A stretch of DNA of 64,000 nt from an uncultured Desulfatitalea sp. (GCA_963668675.2 CAXXMB010000002.1:1568001-1632000), one strand, 5' to 3'. Shown: positions 19,438 to 30,631, numbered from the stretch's first letter. Program-made: numbers and translations. Notes: generated by a model from the letters alone, not told the origin.

Positions 19438-21885
19438 CTAATCGATCTTGGCCCGATAGAGCCGCAAGCTGTTGGAGACCACCGAAATACTGCTCATGGC
19501 CATGGCCAGTGCGGCCAGGATGGGGTGCAGTTGACGCAGGAAAATCGGCAGCTCCGACACCGGTGCGAGGACTCCGGCCGCCACCGGGATCAGAATCACA
19601 TTGTAGACGAAGGCCAGGAAGAGATTCTGACGCACCGTGGCCATGGTCTTACGGCTGATGGCAATGGCCCGCGGAATGCCGCTCAGGCGGCCGCTGGAGA
19701 GAATCACGTCGGCCGTCTCGATGGCCACATCGGTGCCGGTGCCGATGGCCATACCCACCTCGGCCTGGGCCAGGGCAGGTGCATCGTTGATGCCGTCGCC
19801 CACCATGCCGACCCGCAACCCCTGGGACTGGATCTCCTTCACCTTGGCCGATTTCTCTTCCGGGCGCACTTCGGCAAAAAACTCGTCGATGCCGACCTGA
19901 TCAGCGATGGCCCGGGCGGTCTGGGCATTGTCGCCGGTGAGCATGACCACCTTCAGCTTCTGGCGATGCAGGGCCGCGATCGCCTCTTTTGAGTCGGGCT
20001 TGAGGGTATCGGCCACGGCGATCAGTCCGGCCACTTTCTCATCGACAGACAGCACCATCACCGTATGCCCCTGGGCCTGTCGCTTCGCAACGGCATCTGC
20101 GGCCTCACCGTATCCGTCCACCGCGTCGTCGAACCATTTGGGCTTGCCCACCTTTACATTGTGTCCACCCACAACGGCCGTCACGCCGAACCCGCCTTGG
20201 GCGTTGAACTCTTTCGGGTCTTGCAGATCGAGGGCCTTGGTCCTGGCCGCCTGGACGATGGCCTTGCCGAGGGGGTGCTCGGACCCCATCTCGGCCGAAG
20301 CGGCCCACCTGAGTACCTCATCGGCATTTTCAACCGCGCCGTTCAGGGTAACCACATCCACCACCGCCGGCTTGCCTTCGGTAATGGTGCCGGTCTTGTC
20401 CAGCACCACCGCATCCAGACGGGTGGCGGTCTCCAGCGCCTCGGCTTTTTTGAACAGCACGCCGTGTTCGGCCCCTTTGCCGGTGCCGGCCATGATGGCC
20501 GTGGGGGTGGCCAAGCCCAGGGCACACGGACAGGCGATCACCAGTACGGCTACAAGCCGGATCATGGAGGGCACGAAATCACCGGTCACTCCTAACCAGA
20601 TGACGAACGTCACCAGCGCGATCAATATGACCCCCGGCACGAACACGGACGCCACACGATCGGCCAATGCCTGAATGGGGGCCTTGCTGCCCTGGGCCTC
20701 CTGGACCAGGCGAATGATCTGGGCCAGCGCCGTCTCCCGGCCCACCCGGGTAGCCTTGAACTTGAGCCGCCCCTGGCCGTTGATGGTACCGGCCGCCACA
20801 ATGTCGCCTCGGGTTTTATCCACTGGGATCGGCTCGCCGCTGAGCATGGACTCGTCAACGGCCGAACTCCCCTCCAGCACCTCGCCATCCACCGGAATGC
20901 GTTCACCGGGACGCACCACCACGATGGCATCCCGCTGCACACGGGTGAGCGGCACTTCACGCTCCTCGCCATCTTCGATGATGAAGGCGGTCTTGGGCTG
21001 CAGGCCGATCAGCTTGCGGATGGCGCTGCCGGTCTTGCCCTTGGTGCGCGCTTCGAGCAATTTGCCCAACTTGATCAGGGTGATGATGACGGCCGATGTC
21101 TCGAAGTAGACATGGTCGCCCAGGGCCGGCAGCAGCAACACACCCAACGAGTAGAAATAGGCCACAGACGATCCCAGGGCGATCAGAACGTCCATGTTGG
21201 CGCTGCGGTTGCGCAGGCTATTGATGCCGCCCACGTAGTAGTCCCAGCCGGTGTAGAACTGTACCGGCGTTGCCAGGGCCCAGAAGAGCCAGTTGACCCA
21301 GGTTGCGTGGCTCCAGGCCCCCAGAAAACCAAAATCGCGCGACATGCTCCAAACGAAGAGCGGCAGTGCAAACGCCACACCCACCGCAAACTTACGCGTC
21401 TGGTCGCGGATCTCCGCGCTGCGCGCCGCCTGTTCGGCGTCTTCGCCACTTTGGCCCTCCTCCGTCGCGATGGCGCCGAAACCAGCCTTCTCGATAGCTG
21501 CCACCATCTCTTCGAGGGTTACGGCATCCGGCAGGTAGTCGATGGCGGCGCGCTCCGAGGCGAAGTTGACGGAAGCGGCCACCACCCCCGCGACCTTTTT
21601 ATTCAACGTGCGCTCGACATTTGCGGCGCAATTGGCGCAACTCATGCCGGTGATCGGCATCTCCACATGGGCGGCCGCCACGTCGAAACCGCTCTTCTTC
21701 ACCTGGGCAATGATCTCCCCAATGTTGAGTCGGGCGGGATCGAAAGAGACATCGGCCTTCTCGCTGGCAAAATTGACACTGGCCGCCTGGATACCATCCA
21801 GCTTGTTCAAACCGCGTTCGATATTGGCTGCACAGTTGGCGCAGCTCATGCCAGTTACGGGAAGAGATATAGACTGCTCAGCCAT
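19438..21885 (-). CDS. copA: Cu(I)-translocating P1B-type ATPase
   Basis: Two GMSCANC metal-binding domains, CPC, DKTGT, SEHPL, GDGIND, YN and MAMSS motifs. Confidence 0.96.
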   Translation of the reverse strand: MAEQSISLPVTGMSCANCAANIERGLNKLDGIQAASVNFASEKADVSFDPARLNIGEIIAQVKKSGFDVAAAHVEMPITGMSCANCAANVERTLNKKVAGVVAASVNFASERAAIDYLPDAVTLEEMVAAIEKAGFGAIATEEGQSGEDAEQAARSAEIRDQTRKFAVGVAFALPLFVWSMSRDFGFLGAWSHATWVNWLFWALATPVQFYTGWDYYVGGINSLRNRSANMDVLIALGSSVAYFYSLGVLLLPALGDHVYFETSAVIITLIKLGKLLEARTKGKTGSAIRKLIGLQPKTAFIIEDGEEREVPLTRVQRDAIVVVRPGERIPVDGEVLEGSSAVDESMLSGEPIPVDKTRGDIVAAGTINGQGRLKFKATRVGRETALAQIIRLVQEAQGSKAPIQALADRVASVFVPGVILIALVTFVIWLGVTGDFVPSMIRLVAVLVIACPCALGLATPTAIMAGTGKGAEHGVLFKKAEALETATRLDAVVLDKTGTITEGKPAVVDVVTLNGAVENADEVLRWAASAEMGSEHPLGKAIVQAARTKALDLQDPKEFNAQGGFGVTAVVGGHNVKVGKPKWFDDAVDGYGEAADAVAKRQAQGHTVMVLSVDEKVAGLIAVADTLKPDSKEAIAALHRQKLKVVMLTGDNAQTARAIADQVGIDEFFAEVRPEEKSAKVKEIQSQGLRVGMVGDGINDAPALAQAEVGMAIGTGTDVAIETADVILSSGRLSGIPRAIAISRKTMATVRQNLFLAFVYNVILIPVAAGVLAPVSELPIFLRQLHPILAALAMAMSSISVVSNSLRLYRAKID

Positions 21886-22136
21886 GAAACACGCTCCTAT
21901 CGAATTTCAATCCAGCCCAACAACATAATCATAATGTGCTCACAACTCAACGACGTTGCTGACCGATTCGGCTCGTCAGCCAAGGGCAGTTTCAATCCGG
22001 TCAGAAAGCCGAATTCAACAAGTTTGAAGGCACCGCGCGATAAGCGAATTCGCCACATCACCACGCGGCAGTCTGCACAGCAATCCGCCCGTCCAGACAA
22101 TTCACCGGGACCGGAACGGCAGTCTGTATACACTAC

Positions 22137-22625
22137 TTAGCCACAGCGCTTGTTGGGTGGAAGATGTCCGGGGTGGCTGCCGACTGTCACAATATCGGTA
22201 ATCGTCGGCAGCAGCCGACGGCGGGCATAACGACTGCGATCCAGCCGAACAATAGCAGCAGCCGCAGCTATCAACCCCAAGAGTGATCCAGTCGCTGCAC
22301 CCATGGATGATGACCAGCCGATGCAGCCACTGAACCAGTCGCCGCCAATTGCACCGGCCAGCAAAGCTGCCACCGGCAAAAGATAAAGAATGGCCGCCCC
22401 CTTGAAGACCTCTTTGGAAGCAATGTGCACTTTTACCAGATCGCCTGCCTGGGCACCCAACGGATTGGCCGCCCGGGACTCCATTCTGGCGCCCGTCAGG
22501 CAGCTCCGGCAGCCACCGGCTTTCGGCTGGCACCCGCCGCATCCCCCTTTACGGTCGGTCAGGATGCGCGCCGAGCCATCTTCACCATTCTCAACCACAA
22601 TTGCCATTTGTTCGGCCATACCCAC
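22137..22625 (-). CDS. SoxR-reducing system RseC family protein
   Basis: CGGC...C..C cluster, ANPLGAQAGDLV and AAILYLLP, followed by two TMs. Confidence 0.8.
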   Translation of the reverse strand: MGMAEQMAIVVENGEDGSARILTDRKGGCGGCQPKAGGCRSCLTGARMESRAANPLGAQAGDLVKVHIASKEVFKGAAILYLLPVAALLAGAIGGDWFSGCIGWSSSMGAATGSLLGLIAAAAAIVRLDRSRYARRRLLPTITDIVTVGSHPGHLPPNKRCG

Positions 22626-22631
22626 ACCTCA

Positions 22632-22871
22632 TTAATGGCAACAGGAAGGCGGTTTGCCGCCCGTGGCTTTGTTGAGACGTTCCAGGTATCGGCGCCAGAA
22701 TCCTTTACGCTTATTGATCACATAGTCCTGGGGAGCCGACTCAAATTGATTGCGGCACCCCTCAGCGCAAAAATAGAGTTCGATGCCATTATAGCAGGTC
22801 TTGGCTGCGGCGGTGGCGGGGTCGACTGCCATGCCGCAGACGGGGTCTATATGGTGGGTTGCTTTTCTCAT
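22632..22871 (-). CDS. YHS domain protein
   Basis: DPVCGM...YFCAEGC..F...P..Y, with a C-terminal CCH. Confidence 0.9.
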   Translation of the reverse strand: MRKATHHIDPVCGMAVDPATAAAKTCYNGIELYFCAEGCRNQFESAPQDYVINKRKGFWRRYLERLNKATGGKPPSCCH

Positions 22872-22954
22872 GTTGAACCTCCTTCGGCGAGCTTAAAAAC
22901 AGCGGTTCCAGATCCTTCTACAGAGTCTCCTCCAGAGCCTCCTGATAGATCTGT

Positions 22955-23305
22955 TTAACTGGAAAGCTCGCTCCGCTTGGCTTCATATTCGGCCTGGTCT
23001 ATATCACCCCTGGCATAGCGACGCTTAAGTATTTCAATCGCGTCAGGCTCACCATGAGAAAAAGCGGATGAGCTGCTGCGGTTGGTGAAAACACCTGAAA
23101 CCAGCAATATCAACGCTACAATCACAATAACCCAGAATAACATCATGACAACCCCCACTTGGCCGCCCATCATCCCGTGCGGTACAAACCACCGGCCGCT
23201 GGCGAACCGATACAGGCCGTGCTGGCTGGATAGAAACCATATGGCCAGGGCGATCAGGGCTACCGACAACCCGAGACTGAAAAAAATGGCCGATATCCGT
23301 TTCAT
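22955..23305 (-). CDS. SHOCT domain membrane protein
   Basis: HGMMGG, TM, AIEILKRRYARGDIDQAEYE. Confidence 0.85.
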   Translation of the reverse strand: MKRISAIFFSLGLSVALIALAIWFLSSQHGLYRFASGRWFVPHGMMGGQVGVVMMLFWVIVIVALILLVSGVFTNRSSSSAFSHGEPDAIEILKRRYARGDIDQAEYEAKRSELSS

Positions 23306-23386
23306 GTCCGTGCCCTCCTGAGCAGGATTTGTGGCATCCGCCACAGGGCCTGCTGCACTTCACAAGGTCAGGGGCTGTTGTTGGTC

Positions 23387-23427
23387 AAAAGAAGCCGGAC
23401 GGGGTGGCAACCCCCGTCCCGGCTCAG
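23387..23427 (-). terminator. Intrinsic terminator/attenuator after the ZraP-like gene
   Basis: Minus strand reads agccggacgggg gttg c caccccgtccggct followed by TCTTTT. Confidence 0.75.
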
Positions 23428-23477
23428 TTCGACCCCTAACGACCATTAGTGAATCGATGGGATTCCGTTTTTCAATC

Positions 23478-23978
23478 CTACCGCCAGCAGTAACCGCCGC
23501 CACCATATCCACGGCCATAGTCTCTTCGCGCCTTTTCAGGCAGCATCTTGCGCACTTCCAGTTGGTGCTGAATGGCTTTCTGATCGAATTGACCCTCGAG
23601 CTTGGAAATCTCTTTCTGCAAATCAACAACCTTACCGCTATCAGGGGTCTCCTTGCGCATTTCACTTCCCAGGGCAAAACGCTTCTCTTGAATCCGATCT
23701 CTCAAATCTTCGGTTTCCGTGAAGAATTTTTCTCGTGCATCATCCAGTTTGGCTTGCTGCTCTTCGGTCAGATCGGCTCCGTAGCCGCGATCTTCGCCCC
23801 GGTGTCCCGGACCGTTACCCATCATGCCCGGCCCCATACCATATCCCGGGCCGTACCCCATCATGTGGCCTCCGTAACCGCCTCGGCCGTATCCGCCATG
23901 GGCAAAAACGACGGCAGCGCCTGCCAACAGTAAAACAGCACTAATGATTAAGGTTTTTGGGGTAAGTTTGGATTTCAT
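23478..23978 (-). CDS. ZraP/Spy/CpxP-family periplasmic metal-binding chaperone
   Basis: Signal peptide, G/M/H/Y-rich segment, LTEEQ motif, C-terminal GGGYCWR. Confidence 0.85.
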   Translation of the reverse strand: MKSKLTPKTLIISAVLLLAGAAVVFAHGGYGRGGYGGHMMGYGPGYGMGPGMMGNGPGHRGEDRGYGADLTEEQQAKLDDAREKFFTETEDLRDRIQEKRFALGSEMRKETPDSGKVVDLQKEISKLEGQFDQKAIQHQLEVRKMLPEKARRDYGRGYGGGGYCWR

Positions 23979-24043
23979 GGTGATTCTCCTTTCTAATGGT
24001 TGAGCATTTTATACTCACAAGGTTCGTTTGATATGGTTAATAG

Positions 24044-24058
24044 GCAAGCAGAGTGCCA
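24044..24058 (-). promoter_or_regulatory. Sigma54 (-24/-12) promoter of the metal-response operon
   Basis: Minus strand TGGCAC-TCTGC-TTGC matches the consensus exactly, about 65 nt upstream of the ZraP-like start. An AT-rich tract and the imperfect palindrome gtgggtaaaaaagccacac (24221-24239) lie further upstream. Confidence 0.85.
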
Positions 24059-24271
24059 GGTTGAGAACAGCAAGAAGTCCCAAGCACGCAACCAACAGTA
24101 ATCATTTATATTTTTTATTTATGAGGGGCTATCGAGAAGGCTAAACGTTGCGATGGGAAAGAGTGGGGGGCGCTAAACGGGTATTTTTGTAACAGGTCGG
24201 CGAATGAGATCGGGCTGGAAGTGGGTAAAAAAGCCACACACGCAGCTATTCGCTTTTGACCCGACTCGATT

Positions 24272-25021
24272 TCAGCATCTTATATCTACATCCACCTTAT
24301 ATTTAAAGTTGCACGCCCGGAGATAGCGGTTGACGATCTCGAACGGCTTCTGCGGTTCAGACCAGAAATAGGTCTGCACATGAATCAGCGGTTCGAAAGG
24401 CTGGCACTTGAGAAGTTCCGATATATCCCTCTCCGCCGGCATGGCCTGGAGATACATCTCCCCTTTGCTGACTCTCAAGCCGGCTCTGCTCTTCAGGATC
24501 ATTTGAATCGATCGCTTCTCGGCCAGCTCCTTTTTGGTAAGATGCCTGGTGATATCGACCGGCATATAATTTTCATAGAAATAGACCACCTTGTCCAGGG
24601 TAACCAGGCGCCTGATCCGGCCGATATCGTCCTCTTTGGACATCTGAAAAAAGGTACATATATCTTTAGGAATCCGGCTTTCACTGATCTTGATCTTTTT
24701 AATTTCCAATGGCCTGGTTTGGCTCTTCGACAGCGTCCGCACCATTTCGTTCAAGCTGGTATGGATGTTCTGGCGCGACTCCGGAATAACATCGGCGACA
24801 AATGTCCCCTTGCCCCTGGTGCGGGTAATCAGCCCGCCATCCTCCAACAGGGCGAGAGCACCGCGGATGGTTATTTTGCTGACCTCGAAATAGCGGACCA
24901 ACTCCTCTTCCGTAGGGAGCCGCTCTCCCGGTTCGTATTGTCCGGAAACAATCCGGTTCTGAAGAATTGTTGCAATCCGGCTGTAAAGCGGAATGATCTC
25001 TTTTTTCGATGGTGTTGCCAT
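24272..25021 (-). CDS. GntR family (HutC/UTRA-like) transcriptional regulator
   Basis: PGERLPTEEEL...VSKITIRGAL..L...GLI.R.RGKGTFV. Confidence 0.92.
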   Translation of the reverse strand: MATPSKKEIIPLYSRIATILQNRIVSGQYEPGERLPTEEELVRYFEVSKITIRGALALLEDGGLITRTRGKGTFVADVIPESRQNIHTSLNEMVRTLSKSQTRPLEIKKIKISESRIPKDICTFFQMSKEDDIGRIRRLVTLDKVVYFYENYMPVDITRHLTKKELAEKRSIQMILKSRAGLRVSKGEMYLQAMPAERDISELLKCQPFEPLIHVQTYFWSEPQKPFEIVNRYLRACNFKYKVDVDIRC

Positions 25022-25237
25022 AATCCGTCCCTTTGATCTCTTCTCATCTTGCGCTTGACTTATTCCTTTAATTATAAAATTATATCTTTCAAACTATTAG
25101 AGGCAGCCATACCGCATCAACCCACACTTCCCCAGGAGGCCAAGATCCTCTTATCCAGGGGCAGTTGCATATGACATCGAATATCTCTTCAAGTCAATGG
25201 TATTAAAGTTAGGATTAATGACGCATAGGAGACGCCA

Positions 25238-26029
25238 ATGGTTGAAAAGCAGAATCTTCTCGTCGACCACCAGGGCGCAGTGTGTACCGTTACGATCAAC
25301 AACCGTGAAAAGCGCAACGCCCTTTCACCCGCCTGCCTCTATGATATGGCGAAGCTGTTTCAGCGTCTTGCCGAAGACGACACCGTTCGGGTGGTCGTGT
25401 TGCGCGGAGCGGGCCGTGAGGCCTTTTCGGCCGGGGCGGATATCGCGGCCATGCCCACCAGGAGTTCCGGCGGCTCCGGAACCCGGCTGGGCGACATCGC
25501 AGCCGCATCAGCCGCCATCCGCGACTTTCCCTATCCGGTGATTGCCATGCTCTATGGCTACACCTTGGGTGCCGGATGCGTCCTGGCCATGGCTTGCGAT
25601 ATCCGGATCGCTTCAGACAAGGTAAAGATGGGAATCCCCACATCCCGCATGGGACTCATACCGACCGTTGACGGATTCAAACGCTTCTTGATCGTTCTGG
25701 GGTACAGTACGGCCCTGGAGATCTTCCTCACCGGGCGCCAATACGACAGCAGCACATGCCTGACCATGGGTATGGTCAATCACCTGGTGGAAGATGACGC
25801 GTTGGAGACATACACCTACGGATTGGCCGAAGAGATTATCCGTTGCGCCCCATTGTCTCTGAAAGGCGCCAAACAGATCCTCACGCGCATTGCGGAAGAT
25901 CCCAACCCCTCTTCCGAAACACGTTCGGAATTCAATGCGCTGTGCGACCAGGCCAGGAAGAGCGACGACCACGAAGAGGCCAAGCAAGCCTTTAAGGAGA
26001 AACGCAAACCGACGTTCAAGGGGATGTAG
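25238..26029 (+). CDS. Enoyl-CoA hydratase/isomerase family protein
   Basis: KRNAL, AFSAGADI, ACDIRIA and AFKEKRKP.F.G motifs. Confidence 0.92.
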   Translation: MVEKQNLLVDHQGAVCTVTINNREKRNALSPACLYDMAKLFQRLAEDDTVRVVVLRGAGREAFSAGADIAAMPTRSSGGSGTRLGDIAAASAAIRDFPYPVIAMLYGYTLGAGCVLAMACDIRIASDKVKMGIPTSRMGLIPTVDGFKRFLIVLGYSTALEIFLTGRQYDSSTCLTMGMVNHLVEDDALETYTYGLAEEIIRCAPLSLKGAKQILTRIAEDPNPSSETRSEFNALCDQARKSDDHEEAKQAFKEKRKPTFKGM

Positions 26030-26031
26030 AG

Positions 26032-27225
26032 ATGGCAGGACCACTGGAAGGTATCAAGGTATTGAGCTTCTGCAGCGCTCTGTCCGGACCGTTCGCCACC
26101 ATGATTCTTGGCGACATGGGGGCTGAGGTCATTAAAATCGAGTCCCCCGGCACAGGGGATCGCACCCGCAACTCATCCCACAAAATCAACGGTGTGGGCA
26201 GCTACTTCTTGAGTGTCAATCGCGGGAAGAGAAGCGTCACCTTGAATTTGAAGGACCCGCGCGCCAAAAAGATAGTCTTCGAATTATCGAAACAGGTGGA
26301 TGTGGTGACGGAGAACTTCCGGCCCGGCGTTATGAAGCGGCTGGGATTGGACTATGAGGCCATGCAAGAGATCAACCCCCGTTTGATTTATGCTTCCATT
26401 TCAGGCTTCGGGCAGACCGGTCCCTATGCGCACAAGCCGGCCTACGACATGATCGCCCAGGGCATGGGCGGTGTGCTGAGCATCACCGGATCGGAGGAGC
26501 CCGGCGCCGCCCCCGTCCGTGTGGGCTACTCCATCGGCGATCTGGCCGCCGGTCTGTACGCCGTCATCGGCATCCAGGCCGCGCTCTTGGAACGACAGAA
26601 GAGCGGCCTGGGGCAGTGGGTGGACATCGCCATGCTCGACAGCCAGGTGGCGCTGTGCGAAAATGCCATTGTCCGTCACCTGGCCACCGGAGAAATCCCT
26701 AAACCCCTGGGATCCCGCCATCCGCTGGCCACCCCCTTTCAAGCTTATACGACCCTGGACAAACCGATCATCGTCATCGCCATTTCGGATGAACTTTGGA
26801 CCAATTTCTGCCGCGCCGCCCAAAAAGAGGAGTGGCTCACCGATGACCGTTACAAAACCAAGGATCTGAGACTCGAGAACTACCATCAATTCGACCAGGA
26901 GATGAGCGCCTTGATGCGCACCCGCACTTACAGGGAATGGGAAAAGCAGTTCGAAGCACACGACGTCATGTATGCGCCGGTCAACTCCATCGAGGATGTC
27001 ATCAAAGACCCGCAGGTCAATGCCCGCGAGATGATCGTTGAAGTGTCCCATCCGAAAGCCGGCAAACATCGACTCGTCAACACCCCATTGAAATTTTCCA
27101 GAACACCGGCCGTTGTCTGCAGAGCAGCGCCGGAACTCGGAGCCGACACCAACGACATCCTGTCGAACCATCTGCAGTTGACCCAACAGGAGATTGAACA
27201 GCTGAAGAATGAGAAGGTCATTTAA
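26032..27225 (+). CDS. Family III CoA transferase (CaiB/BaiF)
   Basis: GPLEGIKVL, GAEVIKIE, NRGKRS, ENFRPG, SGFGQTGP and GDLAAG motifs. Confidence 0.95.
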   Translation: MAGPLEGIKVLSFCSALSGPFATMILGDMGAEVIKIESPGTGDRTRNSSHKINGVGSYFLSVNRGKRSVTLNLKDPRAKKIVFELSKQVDVVTENFRPGVMKRLGLDYEAMQEINPRLIYASISGFGQTGPYAHKPAYDMIAQGMGGVLSITGSEEPGAAPVRVGYSIGDLAAGLYAVIGIQAALLERQKSGLGQWVDIAMLDSQVALCENAIVRHLATGEIPKPLGSRHPLATPFQAYTTLDKPIIVIAISDELWTNFCRAAQKEEWLTDDRYKTKDLRLENYHQFDQEMSALMRTRTYREWEKQFEAHDVMYAPVNSIEDVIKDPQVNAREMIVEVSHPKAGKHRLVNTPLKFSRTPAVVCRAAPELGADTNDILSNHLQLTQQEIEQLKNEKVI

Positions 27226-27377
27226 GGAACGGTCCCATCTACTAAATAAGAAACATCAAAGCAGACGGTTATATAAGCTTCAAATGCATGGATAGCGCCA
27301 AAGCTTCACTGCTTGCCCGGCCTTCGCCGGAATGACCCGAGTTGAAACATATCGTCGCCGGGCAATAGAACGGTGAA

Positions 27378-28421
27378 TCAGGGCTTTGCAGCCCCTGCAC
27401 CGCGAGCCAAGCCCTTGATGCCCATGGTGTTGATCAACTGGTTGATGTCGGTGGTCTTCAAGTTCATTCCGCCTTCGGATACCGGCAGCAGCATGATGCT
27501 TTTGCCTTGCAGCGCCTCGGCGATCTGCAGTTTGACCAGTGCCTCCCCGCCCGATCCGGCCAGGGCTTGGTTCATCTCCTCGATGCCTTTGGCTTCGGCA
27601 ATCCCTTCGGCCTTGATCGCCTCGGCCAGCAATTTCTGCTTCTCGTAGTAGACATCGGCTTCGATCTTGGCCTTGCGATAGACACCGTCGGCATCAGCAA
27701 CCATCTTGTTCACCTCGCCCTTGGCCTCCTCGAGCTTGCGCTTGTACTCCTCCAGGGCCGCATGCTGGGCCGAGCGGTTCTTCTGCACCTGCTGGTCGGC
27801 CACCTTCTTGTCCTCGATCGCTTTCTGATACTCGGTATTGAAACGGTAGTCCTTGGTCAACACCTTCTCCACGATGATACCCATCGGGCCAAGCATCTCC
27901 TGCAAAATCTCCTTGGCCTTCTGGGACTGCATTTCCCGCTTATCGGCCACATAGAATTCTTCTGTGGTCAGTGCACCAAAAATGTCGCGGGGTTTGCTTC
28001 GCGCAATGGTGCGGACGATCTTATCGCGCAGCATCCGATTGTCTTCGGCCACATTCTGCAAAATGGACGGGGCCTTTTCCATATCGATGCGATAGGCGAT
28101 GATCACATCCAGGCTGATATCGTTGCCGTCGATGGTTTTGAAAAGCAGATCGTCCCGGCTGCGCCGGTCGCCGCGACCGCGTTCATACACCATCTCCAGG
28201 TTTTGCAATTTGGTGTCGAAGGTATGCCAGTCGTTGATGAAGGGCATGAAGATATAGGTCGACCCCGGCGGATAGGCTTTGTCTTCTACTCCCTTCTCGC
28301 CCCATAAGGTAAATTTCTTGGTGCGTACGCCCACCTCGGTCTCGCCGGTGGAGTAGAGAAAGCAGCCGGAGAGGCCCGATATCCAGGCAATGGCCAGCAG
28401 AAGAAAGATCATTCGTTTCAT
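27378..28421 (-). CDS. SPFH/prohibitin domain (lipo)protein
   Basis: LSGC lipobox-like site, KTIDGNDISLDV band-7 motif, AE-rich coiled coil. Confidence 0.85.
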   Translation of the reverse strand: MKRMIFLLLAIAWISGLSGCFLYSTGETEVGVRTKKFTLWGEKGVEDKAYPPGSTYIFMPFINDWHTFDTKLQNLEMVYERGRGDRRSRDDLLFKTIDGNDISLDVIIAYRIDMEKAPSILQNVAEDNRMLRDKIVRTIARSKPRDIFGALTTEEFYVADKREMQSQKAKEILQEMLGPMGIIVEKVLTKDYRFNTEYQKAIEDKKVADQQVQKNRSAQHAALEEYKRKLEEAKGEVNKMVADADGVYRKAKIEADVYYEKQKLLAEAIKAEGIAEAKGIEEMNQALAGSGGEALVKLQIAEALQGKSIMLLPVSEGGMNLKTTDINQLINTMGIKGLARGAGAAKP

Positions 28422-29512
28422 CGGGCACCTCCTTTGCGCACGTCGAAGAGCTTCAGGGCGTTGTCCAGATCCAGCGGGTTAACGCCGGCCTGTCCGTCGC
28501 TGGGCAGGACGATGAGGTCCAAGCCCTTATAGACGTCCGCCATTTTCAGCCCGACCATACGCTCGGATCCGATCCCTTTGAGCGCATCGTTTTTAAGCCG
28601 CACCTTTTCCGCCTCGGCCAACTTGACCAACAGATTGGCCTCGGCCTTCTTCGTCCGCACATAGAGATCCTTTTCGGCGATCTTTCGGGTGACATAGGCC
28701 CGACCCTGCTCTATCTCCACCTCCACAAAGACGCGCCCCTCCTGGACGATCTTCTTCAGTTCAGCCTCCTCCTTGGCAGCCCTGGCAGCGGCCTGATTGG
28801 TGAACACCAATTGATCCTTCAACTTCTTCTCCTCGATATTCTTTTGGATCTCCTGGCTGTACTTGAAGTAGCGCACCAGCACATGCTCGACGCGGATGCC
28901 CTTGGAGTTGAGCTCTTCGTTCAATCGATCGCGGGCCTCCTGGCCTTTTTTCACCCGCAAGGGGCTGTTGTAAAAGTCTTCGGTGGTCAACTTGCCCAGC
29001 GTCTCCTTGAGCGCCGGCTCGGCCTTGGGAATAATGCCGTTGTCTTCGAAGAGCGTCCCGGGACCGATCTTGGTGAACACCAGGTAGGGATCTTCGATAC
29101 GATAGAGAATGGATGCATCGACATCGACAAAAAAGCCATCCGAGGTCTGGATATGGGCCGCCCGATCCTTGCGCGCCCTGCCGGCAGAGGTGTCCGGATA
29201 GGAGGTCAACTCAAGCACCTGCACATCCCTGGGCAGGCAGTGCATCTGCTGGATAAAGGGCATCACGAAATGCAAGCCGGCAGTGTAAACCTCTTTCTGC
29301 ACGCCACGGTTCATACCCATGCGCACCACTTTGATGCCGTACTCGTTCGGGTGCACGTAGACAAAGACCAGATGGTACGCAAGCACCACCACCACGAGAA
29401 CAAGGATCAGGACCTGAATCCCGCGCGACAGTTTGAAATTTATCTTCGGAATTTTGAACGGCGACTTGACCTTCCTCAACGCCGCACTGAAATCCACCGG
29501 TTGTTCGGCCAT
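28418..29512 (-). CDS. SPFH/prohibitin domain protein
   Basis: TM, VHPNEYGI..GLHFVMPF, QTSDGFFVDVD; stop overlaps the next SPFH start. Confidence 0.87.
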   Translation of the reverse strand: MAEQPVDFSAALRKVKSPFKIPKINFKLSRGIQVLILVLVVVVLAYHLVFVYVHPNEYGIKVVRMGMNRGVQKEVYTAGLHFVMPFIQQMHCLPRDVQVLELTSYPDTSAGRARKDRAAHIQTSDGFFVDVDASILYRIEDPYLVFTKIGPGTLFEDNGIIPKAEPALKETLGKLTTEDFYNSPLRVKKGQEARDRLNEELNSKGIRVEHVLVRYFKYSQEIQKNIEEKKLKDQLVFTNQAAARAAKEEAELKKIVQEGRVFVEVEIEQGRAYVTRKIAEKDLYVRTKKAEANLLVKLAEAEKVRLKNDALKGIGSERMVGLKMADVYKGLDLIVLPSDGQAGVNPLDLDNALKLFDVRKGGAR

Positions 29513-29743
29513 GATTCACCTCTCTGGGGAGTTTAAAGTGCGTGAATTTTACTCCGTTCATAGTGGTATCAGCTCAAAACCGGAAACCGGGCGGGCCGGC
29601 CCCATGACGGCACATCTTATTAAGAAATATTTATCAAAAAGACAGTAGGTTAGCTAACACAAAACAAAGCGGTCTGTCAACCGGCCGGCAAACCGCTTCA
29701 AATCATTTTGATTGGACTTCGGGGATATCAAAGCAGCACAAAC

Positions 29744-29778
29744 GGAGGCGAGTCCAGCAAGTGGTCTGCACCTGACGC
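29744..29778. repeat. Single-arm remnant of the 36550-36729 palindromic element
   Basis: ggaggcgagtccagcaagtggtctgcacctgacgc versus ggaggcgagaccagtgggtggtctgcacct at 36547. Confidence 0.7.
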
Positions 29779-29855
29779 GACCGCGCCATGGACTTCGCTT
29801 CGGCAGATGGTTATGGTGAATTACCGAGCGCAATAAAAAGCGGAGGAGGTGCGAC

Positions 29856-30512
29856 ATGAACACTCACTATATGCATGTTAACAAGGCTGGGATCATGTTT
29901 GCCTTGTTGACGATATTGGGCTGCATTGTCTGCTCGACACCGGTCAGGGCAGACATCTACGCCTGGACCGACAGCGGCGGGGTGATCCATTTCAGCAACC
30001 ACAATCCACCGCCGGAGGCTGAGTTTTTTATGGTCGAGCAGCCCACGGGCGAAAACCCCGTTCACGAAGCGAAACCGACAGCAGCGTTGCCAAAGCGTGA
30101 TCCCCTGCAGGATCAACTGACCGAAGCCCATCACAAACTGGAAAAAGCCCTGGACAAAGTGGACGATCTCACCGAAAAGGTCGAACAGACCCGCCGCGAA
30201 GCCCGCAATGCCGCGGATGCCGCCCAGCGCGCCCAAGCCATGGCCGAAATCGCCAGTGAGAACCGTACCGAACGCACCGCGGTCTATACTGTTCCCTACA
30301 GGCACAGGCCGCACAGACCACGTCCCGAACCCTATTACTGGAAACACGACACCAGTAAGTATCCATACTATCAGGGCAATCGATACAAAACGCCCCGTCG
30401 ACCGGACAGCAAACCTGAACAGTACCAACTTCGCAACTCTGGCATCTCTATCAAATCCAGCCGCAACGGGACCCATATTCATGGGAAAATCGGGTTGAGC
30501 AGCGGACGATAA
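29856..30512 (+). CDS. DUF4124 domain exported protein with coiled coil
   Basis: Signal peptide, ADIYAWTDSGGVIHFSNHNPP; GGAGGAGG RBS. Confidence 0.8.
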   Translation: MNTHYMHVNKAGIMFALLTILGCIVCSTPVRADIYAWTDSGGVIHFSNHNPPPEAEFFMVEQPTGENPVHEAKPTAALPKRDPLQDQLTEAHHKLEKALDKVDDLTEKVEQTRREARNAADAAQRAQAMAEIASENRTERTAVYTVPYRHRPHRPRPEPYYWKHDTSKYPYYQGNRYKTPRRPDSKPEQYQLRNSGISIKSSRNGTHIHGKIGLSSGR

Positions 30513-30617
30513 ACGACTCTCCCCTTTGCCAGGGGGGCCTTTCCGCTGCGTTCGGATTGAAATCGTCTTAAGCCACTTTCTATCAATTATTTCTTGACAC
30601 CGGGACCAGGTAATATA

Positions 30618-30631
30618 ACAACGTACGTTGT
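30618..30631. promoter_or_regulatory. Perfect palindromic operator ACAACGTACGTTGT upstream of the SDR-ADH operon
   Basis: An identical copy lies at 33358-33371 upstream of the TetR gene; TTGACA at 30594. Confidence 0.8.
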
